IMG/VR virus record: IMGVR_UViG_3300013121_000020 | Location: 64,001-128,000 of that record | Reading direction: 5' to 3' (one strand) | Length of the DNA stretch: 64,000 nt | Source of the DNA: a virus | Lineage: Duplodnaviria; Caudoviricetes | Shown here: positions 57,247 through 64,000 of the stretch, piece by piece | How the letters are laid out: the number at the start of each line of letters is the position of its first letter | Numbering within the stretch: the first letter of the stretch is position 1 | Notes under the pieces: generated by a model | What the model was told of the DNA's origin: nothing | Database searches by the model: none | Seen by the model: the letters and a program-made list of their open reading frames with translations, nothing else | Position numbers and translations under genes: made by a program

Positions 57247-57358
57247 AGTGATTCTCCAGTTGGTGGTGGTCCGTACTACCACACTGTGATAGGCTCAAAC
57301 AGTTGGTAAATCTAGGAGTGCTGATCCGGTTCCAGTTTAAACCTTCTTAAGTGTGGTT

Positions 57359-57589
57359 TTAATGTTGTTTGCGGTGGCATTTAGAAGATGGTTCGTATGG
57401 CTTTTCATTTGGCGGCAAAATAACTGTTTCACGTTCTGGGGTTTCGTTTAGAATCATATGTTCAAATAATTCTATCTTTTCACGAGTATTAGTAGCCTCT
57501 ATTCTCCAAAAATTTTCAATACGGGACCAAAGTGTCCAGCGATGACTATCTGGAAGAAATGAGTTTGGAATGTGATTAGATTGGTTCAT
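57359..57589 (-). CDS. hypothetical protein
   Basis: AAGGA SD; 76 aa. Confidence 0.5.
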   Translation of the reverse strand: MNQSNHIPNSFLPDSHRWTLWSRIENFWRIEATNTREKIELFEHMILNETPERETVILPPNEKPYEPSSKCHRKQH

Positions 57590-57643
57590 GCGATTTGTCC
57601 TTTGACTGCAAATATATGACAGATTTCAAAATATGGTGCGTTA

Positions 57644-58015
57644 ATGAACAAAATAAATACTATTGCAAAATTGATTACCGAAGATCCTGATGTCTCAGCA
57701 GATCGTGACACAATACTTTTAGAATGGGGTAATACACCTCAATTTGAAAACCCATTAGAACAGAAATTTGTCAATTTACTTGACGCTCCTGATATTGAGA
57801 AACTTGCAAAATTTTTCCCTCGCGATCAGGCGATACGACGAGCTATGGATGATTTGATGATGGAATTTGAAGCATTTAAAAGACATACTAAAATGCGTGA
57901 AGCTGATGCGGTAAAAGCATTTGAATATTATAAGAAAAACAAGAGTCTACCACAACATATGGTACGTGATTCTGCTGAGCTTGATCGTATTGGTGGACGT
58001 GATTTTAGACCATAA
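57644..58015 (+). CDS. hypothetical protein with IAKLITEDP leader, putative internal head protein
   Basis: leader shared with 46216; GCAAATATA at 57608. Confidence 0.65.
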   Translation: MNKINTIAKLITEDPDVSADRDTILLEWGNTPQFENPLEQKFVNLLDAPDIEKLAKFFPRDQAIRRAMDDLMMEFEAFKRHTKMREADAVKAFEYYKKNKSLPQHMVRDSAELDRIGGRDFRP

Positions 58016-58028
58016 TAAAGGATGTGCA

Positions 58029-58361
58029 ATGTTAAAAAGTAAAGCTGAAGCGATTGCGTTGACTGTTCTTAGAAAAGGCAATCATGCAACTGATCCAACG
58101 GTGATTATATCAGCAATTTCTGAAATTATACTTGCGATAGTACAATTATATAAAAATTGTAATAAAACTCCAGAACAAGCTGTGCAAGATATGCAGTCAA
58201 TTTCAGCCGGTGGGCTTCTTGGATTTTTCCAAAGACGACGACTTTGGAAAATAATTGGAAAACATAAAAATATTCCGCAACATGAAGTTTATGATGCAAT
58301 GTTAAATGCTGGAAAATCAATTAACATATCTGAGGTTTCTGAAATATATAGCGAAGCTTGA
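58029..58361 (+). CDS. hypothetical protein with one hydrophobic segment
   Basis: AAGGA SD; DPTVIISAISEIILAIVQLY. Confidence 0.6.
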   Translation: MLKSKAEAIALTVLRKGNHATDPTVIISAISEIILAIVQLYKNCNKTPEQAVQDMQSISAGGLLGFFQRRRLWKIIGKHKNIPQHEVYDAMLNAGKSINISEVSEIYSEA

Positions 58362-58439
58362 TATCTGTCTCTTGTATTATAAAATGTAGATGGTCATTGG
58401 TTTATGACCATAGTTTGTACGCACTGTTTCAGGAGGCAG

Positions 58440-58748
58440 ATGATGCGTTGTGCTCTTTATGGTGTGATGGCGATTGTCGTGATGGCAGTATGTGTTGGAC
58501 AAAGTCAAGCACGGTGGCTGAGAAACAGACTACAACGACCAGCACCAGTGGTAAAGTGTCAGTGTGTTGTTCAATGTAAGACTGTTCAACCAGTTGCTCC
58601 AGTTGCTCCAGTTGTTCCACCAAAGACGGTTCCGGTTGTGCCAACAAAACCAGTTCCGGTTGTGCCAACAAAACCAGTTTTTGTTCCAATTCCATCAATT
58701 TCATTTGTTCCGAATGAATGTTCTGAATGTCAAAAAGTTAATCGATAA
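58440..58748 (+). CDS. secreted Pro/Val-rich small protein
   Basis: AGGAGG SD; signal peptide ending SQA; PVVPTK repeats; CQC and CSEC motifs. Confidence 0.65.
   Translation: MMRCALYGVMAIVVMAVCVGQSQARWLRNRLQRPAPVVKCQCVVQCKTVQPVAPVAPVVPPKTVPVVPTKPVPVVPTKPVFVPIPSISFVPNECSECQKVNR
58590..58679 (+). repeat. in-frame coding tandem repeats (9-nt and 24-nt units)
   Basis: CCAGTTGCT repeats; GTTCCGGTTGTGCCAACAAAACCA twice. Confidence 0.85.
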
Positions 58749-58757
58749 GACTGCCTG

Positions 58758-58813
58758 GAAATACGTTGGTGGATGCATGATAATTAATTATCATGCATCC
58801 ACCAACGTATTTC
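58758..58813. repeat. 56-bp perfect palindrome
   Basis: GAAATACGTTGGTGGATGCATGATAATT/AATTATCATGCATCCACCAACGTATTTC. Confidence 0.95.
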
Positions 58814-58820
58814 TGAACAT

Positions 58821-59144
58821 ATGACAAACGCACAATTAATTGAACTTATTGCATCGGAATGTGGTTTTATTGTAGATGAAACCAGTTTTGATGATGCTAG
58901 TACCACCAATCAACGTCATATTATTAGACGATTGAGTTCTAATCCAGCATATAGAACTGAATATACTACTATGCTTATAATTGGTGATATTATAAAAGTA
59001 GTTATTGATGAGACGAATATGAATTTTGATATGAAAGATCCTAATTCATTAGACTCATTAAAGGAAAAATTGTGTCGTGGTAAATTATTTCAGTCTTTTG
59101 CGTCACTGGATATACCAGTTGGGCGTCATTTATGTGTGAAATGA
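58821..59144 (+). CDS. hypothetical protein
   Basis: 107 aa; no SD; GTATT 9 nt upstream. Confidence 0.55.
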   Translation: MTNAQLIELIASECGFIVDETSFDDASTTNQRHIIRRLSSNPAYRTEYTTMLIIGDIIKVVIDETNMNFDMKDPNSLDSLKEKLCRGKLFQSFASLDIPVGRHLCVK

Positions 59145-59151
59145 GGCAAAT

Positions 59152-59472
59152 TTGTTGATGAAAAAACAGCGATTAGAAGAGTGTCTGGTATATATTGTAA
59201 CATATATTGTGGTTGGCCCAAATAAAGTTCATATAACCACAAAGAGAAATGTATGTGTGATTGCTTTGGATGTGGCTGATCTGGTAGATCAAATTAAAAA
59301 GATATGCGGAACGGAAATTGCTGGTATTGATAGCAATGGCATCAATTTTTTCGGAGTTGCAGAAGATGTTGAAATTATTTCAGCACAATTAATTGGAAAT
59401 TTACATGGTATAACAGATAATGCATTTAAAATTGTAATGGCATGTGATAAACAAGAACGTGATAATATATAG
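59152..59472 (+). CDS. hypothetical protein
   Basis: GAGG SD; 106 aa. Confidence 0.55.
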   Translation: MLMKKQRLEECLVYIVTYIVVGPNKVHITTKRNVCVIALDVADLVDQIKKICGTEIAGIDSNGINFFGVAEDVEIISAQLIGNLHGITDNAFKIVMACDKQERDNI

Positions 59473-59536
59473 TTTATGAAACTGGTGTGTGTCGGTATAT
59501 AGGAAGTGTAAAGGATTTACTTTAACACTAGGAGAT

Positions 59537-60772
59537 ATGACGATGATTAGATCGTTCATGGTGCTAATGGCTATTGGGTGTGGGACTTTGTCTGCTAGTG
59601 AACCATCACTGATGGATCGTTCTCAAAATGAAGCGTATAGGAAAGCACTTCCTTCAACTAAAGATGAACGATTGCTCAGTATTATATCAGATAAACATTT
59701 AATGTTTTATACTGATAATGAAATTCCAAAAGCTCATCAAGATTGGGAAGGCTCTTTACAGGGCATTCTCGACTCACGAGGGAATGTCTCAGCAAATCGA
59801 ACTGAACCATTTGGCAATGGAAATAAGGAATTTCCATGGGGTGCTCCAGCTGGCACTCATCTAAGTAATGGTGTAACTTCAATTAGATTTCTGTTACTTC
59901 CGCGTGATGAACATGGGTCAATTTATCCTGTAGTTTATTATCAAATTCCTAAAATATCATACGGGAAGCGAACATTGCCGGATGGTACAAATATATCAGC
60001 AGATGAGCGATTTTATCGCGAAGGATGGGCATGGACATTTCCCAAGGGAACAATCGTTGGTGAAGTGTTAATGATTAGTGATAGTCGAGGAAATCGTCAC
60101 GTGTTTGAAATTAGAACACGTTCTAGAAGCATTGATAGATGGGCTGTGAATGTCTATCGTCCGTTTCCAACAGCTAATGATTTGTTAATTGCTGTAAAGA
60201 AACTTGATAATTGGGAAAAGAATGCGAAGTTGCGTAATCTTGTAACACATCTTGAAGGATCGTTATCGTCAGATCATTACACACTTGCGGATACACAACC
60301 AGACAAGTCTGTGTTTAAGCAAATTCGCCAGCAAGATTTCTTACCAGCTATTGATGAAGACGTTGCTATCACTCTTTTACATAAAACCCCGTTTTCATCA
60401 TCGCTCGATGTGGTTTGGCGTGGCGATGGCGAATATGCTCCGCATGCTCCGACTACGGAAGCTGATTTCCATATTGTTCCGAAACGCTATGCAGCGGGGT
60501 TTATCAATGTGACGACAAATTCATGCATGCAATGTCACAAGGAAACAAATCAGCATGTTCATGAATTTGATATACGACGAGATTGGTATGGGCGAATTCG
60601 AGGTTCTGATGGGATTTTCTCGTTTCACCCATTTGATCATGGATGCATCACACAATCTGGTGGTCAACCAGTCAGTTTTAATAAGAAAATGATTGATGCT
60701 GGGATTATCGCACCATTCGATCCCAGCAAGCATTCCAATGCTGTTTATCAACGCATTGTTAATGTGCGGTGA
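59537..60772 (+). CDS. secreted protein with a single CxxCH heme-c motif
   Basis: AGGAG SD; signal peptide ending LSA; CMQCH at 60524-60538; FPKGTIVGE. Confidence 0.65.
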   Translation: MTMIRSFMVLMAIGCGTLSASEPSLMDRSQNEAYRKALPSTKDERLLSIISDKHLMFYTDNEIPKAHQDWEGSLQGILDSRGNVSANRTEPFGNGNKEFPWGAPAGTHLSNGVTSIRFLLLPRDEHGSIYPVVYYQIPKISYGKRTLPDGTNISADERFYREGWAWTFPKGTIVGEVLMISDSRGNRHVFEIRTRSRSIDRWAVNVYRPFPTANDLLIAVKKLDNWEKNAKLRNLVTHLEGSLSSDHYTLADTQPDKSVFKQIRQQDFLPAIDEDVAITLLHKTPFSSSLDVVWRGDGEYAPHAPTTEADFHIVPKRYAAGFINVTTNSCMQCHKETNQHVHEFDIRRDWYGRIRGSDGIFSFHPFDHGCITQSGGQPVSFNKKMIDAGIIAPFDPSKHSNAVYQRIVNVR

Positions 60773-60777
60773 TCGTA

Positions 60778-61656
60778 CTACCCGGAGGCAGCTGCTAAAA
60801 CATCTGCCTCCGGTATCGCACTATGTGTTATGTTTTGCGGTAGGATGTGACACAATGCCACTGTAAATCCCGACGCTCTGACATGCCCACCACCATTAAA
60901 CTTTCTAGCAATTTTAGACACATCAGGCCCACCATCTTTACTACGAATTGAGTAAATTCGTTTGTCGATGGAATCAGTCCACACTATTGCAAAATAAGGA
61001 TTGTGGATTGTTAAAATTTTGTCCATTATATCAGACCAAATACTATATACACTACATGGGCAACCAAGTCCTTTTTCACCATCTAGTTCAATTACTTGCA
61101 AATGCTTTAAGTGATGATCGATGATTTGATTATTAACGCGAATTGCGGCAATTCCTTCTGCTACTAATTCTTGTGGGTCGCGGCGTGAGATTTCATCCCA
61201 AACTTGAAAATCCAATGGATAACTTCGCAATGCTGCATTTATTTCATTGCTGTGTGGTAATGCTTTTAACCATAAATCGCGATCTTCTACATATTTTACT
61301 AACCAATGGATGAGATATCCATGTGGGGCTAAGCCTTGTTGATATAAATAGTCCCAAAACAAACGTGCGCCAGAACGTTTCATATCAAACACGCAAAAAT
61401 CTAATCCTGCCAAATTTTCTTGGGCGGATGCATGATGATCAAGAACAATTAGCGATTTTGCTTTTTTCTTAATATCTAACAATATTTCTCTTGGGTATGA
61501 GAAATCGACAATAATAACATCATCTGTTTCATTAATTTCTGGACATTCTTGTCCGTGCTGTCGTGGTATGAATTGTGCATCTGGCCATACTAAATGCCCT
61601 AACCACGCAGCACAAAATCCATCGCTACAATTACCATGATAAATTATTTTGATCAT
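60778..61656 (-). CDS. DHH/DHHA1 phosphoesterase
   Basis: YHGNCSDG, IVDFS, LDHH, SGARL, EDRDLW, YSIRS, GGGH..ASG. Confidence 0.9.
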   Translation of the reverse strand: MIKIIYHGNCSDGFCAAWLGHLVWPDAQFIPRQHGQECPEINETDDVIIVDFSYPREILLDIKKKAKSLIVLDHHASAQENLAGLDFCVFDMKRSGARLFWDYLYQQGLAPHGYLIHWLVKYVEDRDLWLKALPHSNEINAALRSYPLDFQVWDEISRRDPQELVAEGIAAIRVNNQIIDHHLKHLQVIELDGEKGLGCPCSVYSIWSDIMDKILTIHNPYFAIVWTDSIDKRIYSIRSKDGGPDVSKIARKFNGGGHVRASGFTVALCHILPQNITHSAIPEADVLAAASG

Positions 61657-61720
61657 TTAATATGTCCCACGTTTTGTGTGATAGCAAAAATACTATGTAC
61701 ACCATAAGGAGGATGTTACA

Positions 61721-62056
61721 ATGCGTCTAGTTCTGTTAACTCTATTAGCGTTGGTTGGATTTGCGTGTACTGCAGATGCTCAAGTTATAGTTACTGGGCG
61801 TCGTAGTGTGGTCGTTAGCAATGGTGCAACTGTTGTGGGTGGTCGTGCTGCTGTTGTAGTGAGTGAGCCTCGTCATCGTGTGGTGGTAGCCCCTGTGGTG
61901 GTGCCAGCACAAACTGTTGTTGTGCGTTCTGTGGTCGTGCCAGCACAAACTGTTGTTGTGCGTTCTGTGGTCGTGCCACAATATTTTGTGGAACCTAGTG
62001 TTGCTGTTGAAGCTGGATGTGTACGATCTGTTCGGCGGTTTGTTGTTGTTGACTGA
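61721..62056 (+). CDS. secreted Val-rich small protein
   Basis: AGGAGG SD; signal peptide ending ADA; VVVPAQTVVVRS repeats; GCAAAAATA at 61684. Confidence 0.7.
   Translation: MRLVLLTLLALVGFACTADAQVIVTGRRSVVVSNGATVVGGRAAVVVSEPRHRVVVAPVVVPAQTVVVRSVVVPAQTVVVRSVVVPQYFVEPSVAVEAGCVRSVRRFVVVD
61901..61978 (+). repeat. 36-nt coding tandem repeat, two copies plus a partial copy
   Basis: GTGCCAGCACAAACTGTTGTTGTGCGTTCTGTGGTC twice with no spacer. Confidence 0.9.
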
Positions 62057-62062
62057 ACTATC

Positions 62063-62099
62063 TATTGTCCTCTTAGATATAATGTCTAGGAGGACAATA
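62063..62099 (+). terminator. long hairpin between convergent genes
   Basis: TATTGTCCTCTTAGATAT/ATGTCTAGGAGGACAATA with two G-U pairs on the plus strand, T-rich downstream. Confidence 0.7.
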
Positions 62100-62469
62100 A
62101 ATTTTTTATTAGTTCACAATAAATTGTTGGATCATCATTTTCATTTATTGAAATAGTATTATAAGTTTGCGGAAATTCAATTCTTGGAAAGAAATCTGCT
62201 AAAATAATTAAATCTGGTTTTGATTTTAATAATGAATTGTTTATTATTCTGTGGTTCCATGTTGACCATGTATCAAATCGTTCACAAAATGGTATTGACA
62301 CACATATCAGCTTCCACTTTTGTACTATAGAAATTCCTGGTGGATGTCGTTGGTCAGAAACTGTGTGTGTTATTTTAGCAATATTGTGATTTATTCCGTC
62401 GTAGCAGGATTGTGCAATACTATCGATGACTTTACCTGTACCAGAAAAGAAAATGAGTAAATTTTTCAT
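62086..62469 (-). CDS. degenerate or truncated formyltransferase (PurN-like N-terminal half)
   Basis: NLLIFFSGTG and KPDLIILADF resemble PurN; the catalytic NxHP motif is absent. Confidence 0.45.
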   Translation of the reverse strand: MKNLLIFFSGTGKVIDSIAQSCYDGINHNIAKITHTVSDQRHPPGISIVQKWKLICVSIPFCERFDTWSTWNHRIINNSLLKSKPDLIILADFFPRIEFPQTYNTISINENDDPTIYCELIKNLLSS

Positions 62470-62524
62470 GTTTTCATCGTATATATTGTGTTTTTGTTAT
62501 GGTTACTTACATTAAGACATTGAA

Positions 62525-63232
62525 ATGAGCACTCCAACAATAGCTATTTGCACATTGTTTCGTGATTCATTAAATGATGTATATCGTTCATTTAATGAAC
62601 GTCGCAAACTTGATTATGATAAAAATAAAATATTACACATTTGTATTGAAGGTGATAGTGTTGATGGAACATATGAGGCATTAGCTTCTCTGAAAAATTT
62701 CCGAATAATATTAGAGAAGATAGATACTGGCAAACCAAAATTTGATAGTGTTGCTGATCAAAATAGATTGGATATTTTGGCTAATTTATGGAATCGTTCA
62801 TTTGAAATTGCTATTGATATGTGTGCTGATTATGTATTTGTGTTAGATTCAGATATAACCATTCAGCCGACAATTTTACAACAATTATTAAAGCATAAAG
62901 TCGATGTTATAGCTCCAATGATGTTTTTTGAGAAAAGCGTATTCTTTAGAGACACATGGGCATATCGTGGCATTGACAATGTACAATTTACAAATAGGCC
63001 ACCATATCATTTAACTTATACTAGAACTAAGATTGTACGTATGATGAGTGTTGGGATGCCGTTGATGGACAAACGTGTTTTAATTGCCGGATCACGATGT
63101 GATATGAATGAAGTTGTTGGATTATGTCAGTCTATCAGAAATAATGGGTTTGATATTTTTGTAGATCCGCTTGCTATAACTTATCATCCACGAAATGGAA
63201 TAGAAGTCCCAAAGGCGTATGAACACAGATGA
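62525..63232 (+). CDS. GT-A fold glycosyltransferase (GT2/Anp1-like)
   Basis: EGDSVDGT, LANLWN, YVFVLDSD (DxD), DVIAP. Confidence 0.8.
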   Translation: MSTPTIAICTLFRDSLNDVYRSFNERRKLDYDKNKILHICIEGDSVDGTYEALASLKNFRIILEKIDTGKPKFDSVADQNRLDILANLWNRSFEIAIDMCADYVFVLDSDITIQPTILQQLLKHKVDVIAPMMFFEKSVFFRDTWAYRGIDNVQFTNRPPYHLTYTRTKIVRMMSVGMPLMDKRVLIAGSRCDMNEVVGLCQSIRNNGFDIFVDPLAITYHPRNGIEVPKAYEHR

Positions 63233-63627
63233 TTCAACAAATTGATTATCAATGTCGAACTATAGCATACATCATATCTGGTAATCTTCCATTACCAGAT
63301 AAAACAACTTTTATAACTCCTGATGAATGTGGTCAGCAAGTTGGCTATATAGTTTGTAAAGAAAATCAAATAATCAATCGACATTTTCATAATGCGATTA
63401 CTAGAGAAGTAGTTGGAACAACAGAAGTATTGTATATTCTTAGCGGAAGGTGCTTTGTTGACTTTTATGACGACACACAAAACCACATAGCAACCCATGA
63501 ATTGAAAAAAGGCGATTTATTAATAATTGTTGCTGGTGGCCATGGTTTTCGCATGATTGAAAATACCGTGATGTTAGAAATAAAACAAGGTCCATATTGT
63601 GGCTTGCACGAAAGAGAAAGATTTTAA
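63229..63627 (+). CDS. cupin-fold protein of sugar-pathway type
   Basis: HFHN..TTEVLYILSG..GD....GGHGF..EIKQGPY. Confidence 0.75.
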   Translation: MIQQIDYQCRTIAYIISGNLPLPDKTTFITPDECGQQVGYIVCKENQIINRHFHNAITREVVGTTEVLYILSGRCFVDFYDDTQNHIATHELKKGDLLIIVAGGHGFRMIENTVMLEIKQGPYCGLHERERF

Positions 63628-63645
63628 TCGTTTTTGGAGATTATC

Positions 63646-64000
63646 ATGCATACAGTATTCGGTCCAGACTATGCACATTTATATGATTATTTGTATAGTA
63701 AACATGATTTCGCCGTAGATGCTAAAATCATAGAAAATACTATCTTACGTCATATTCACAATGACAATCGCAAATATTCGATTCTTGATATTGGTTGTGG
63801 CACTGGTAGTCACACCGCTATTCTTAAAAATGATTATAATGTTGTTGGTGTCGATAGATCAGCAGAAATGCTGGTAATTGCACGCCAAAAATCGCCTGAT
63901 GTTGTGTTTCATCAAGCTGATATGGCAACTTTTGATCTTAATAGAAAATTTGATGTTGCATTGATGATGTCGGCTGTGCTTGGTTATCAATATACGAATG
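63646..64000 (+). CDS. class I SAM-dependent methyltransferase (partial, runs off the window)
   Basis: GGAG SD; YAHLYD, ILDIGCGTGSH, VVGVDRSAEML, ADM..FDL.RKFDV. Confidence 0.88.
   Translation, partial: MHTVFGPDYAHLYDYLYSKHDFAVDAKIIENTILRHIHNDNRKYSILDIGCGTGSHTAILKNDYNVVGVDRSAEMLVIARQKSPDVVFHQADMATFDLNRKFDVALMMSAVLGYQYTN

Noticed and set aside
18648-57357. CCACACTTAAG present at 18648 (+) and about 57347-57357 (-)
   Set aside because: Only two copies, with no consistent position relative to starts; may be chance
61901-61978. 36-nt direct repeats of CRISPR-like length
   Set aside because: No spacers; exact in-frame 12-codon duplication inside a CDS; no cas genes in the window
1-64000. Stop-codon reassignment as seen in some large phages
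   Set aside because: Core genes are full length in the standard code and all three stops are used; reading through the TAG at 14957 does not restore the gene
1-64000. tRNA genes, group I/II introns, reverse transcriptase, integrase
   Set aside because: No cloverleaf, split core gene or corresponding protein motif was seen by eye; tRNAscan-SE and Infernal were not run

Overview
This window is the morphogenesis and replication core of a large, AT-rich T4-like (myovirus-type) phage read in the standard genetic code. Tail and baseplate genes: neck gp14-like, tail terminator gp15-like, sheath, three tube paralogs, gp26/gp51-like pair, hub, tape measure, gp53, gp5, gp25 and gp6. Replication and transcription genes: primase, class II ribonucleotide reductase, UvsW-like helicase and a gp55-like sigma factor. 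Head genes: terminases, portal, an intein-containing prohead protease, scaffold and major capsid. An accessory region follows, with RtcB, acyl carrier protein, pyrimidine-dimer glycosylase, a TIGR02996-like protein, secreted Val/Pro-rich proteins, a CxxCH protein, a DHH phosphoesterase, a glycosyltransferase, a cupin and a methyltransferase. Several accessory genes hint at a Planctomycetota host. Highlights not in the ORF track: (1) a roughly 170-nt minus-strand candidate ncRNA of three abutting pseudoknots with its own promoter-like motif (56414-56584); (2) three PD-(D/E)xK nuclease plus Mom-like GNAT fusions next to the sheath, tube and capsid genes; (3) two recurring promoter-like motifs, GCAAAWVTA before late genes and GTATT 8-9 nt before SD-less starts; (4) an RBS-occluding hairpin, a candidate +1 frameshift, a candidate ATT start, a frameshifted holin-like gene behind a stand-alone PAS gene, a family of putative capsid-targeted internal proteins, and a 56-bp perfect palindrome. 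All protein calls come from motif recognition and gene order by eye; no database searches were run.
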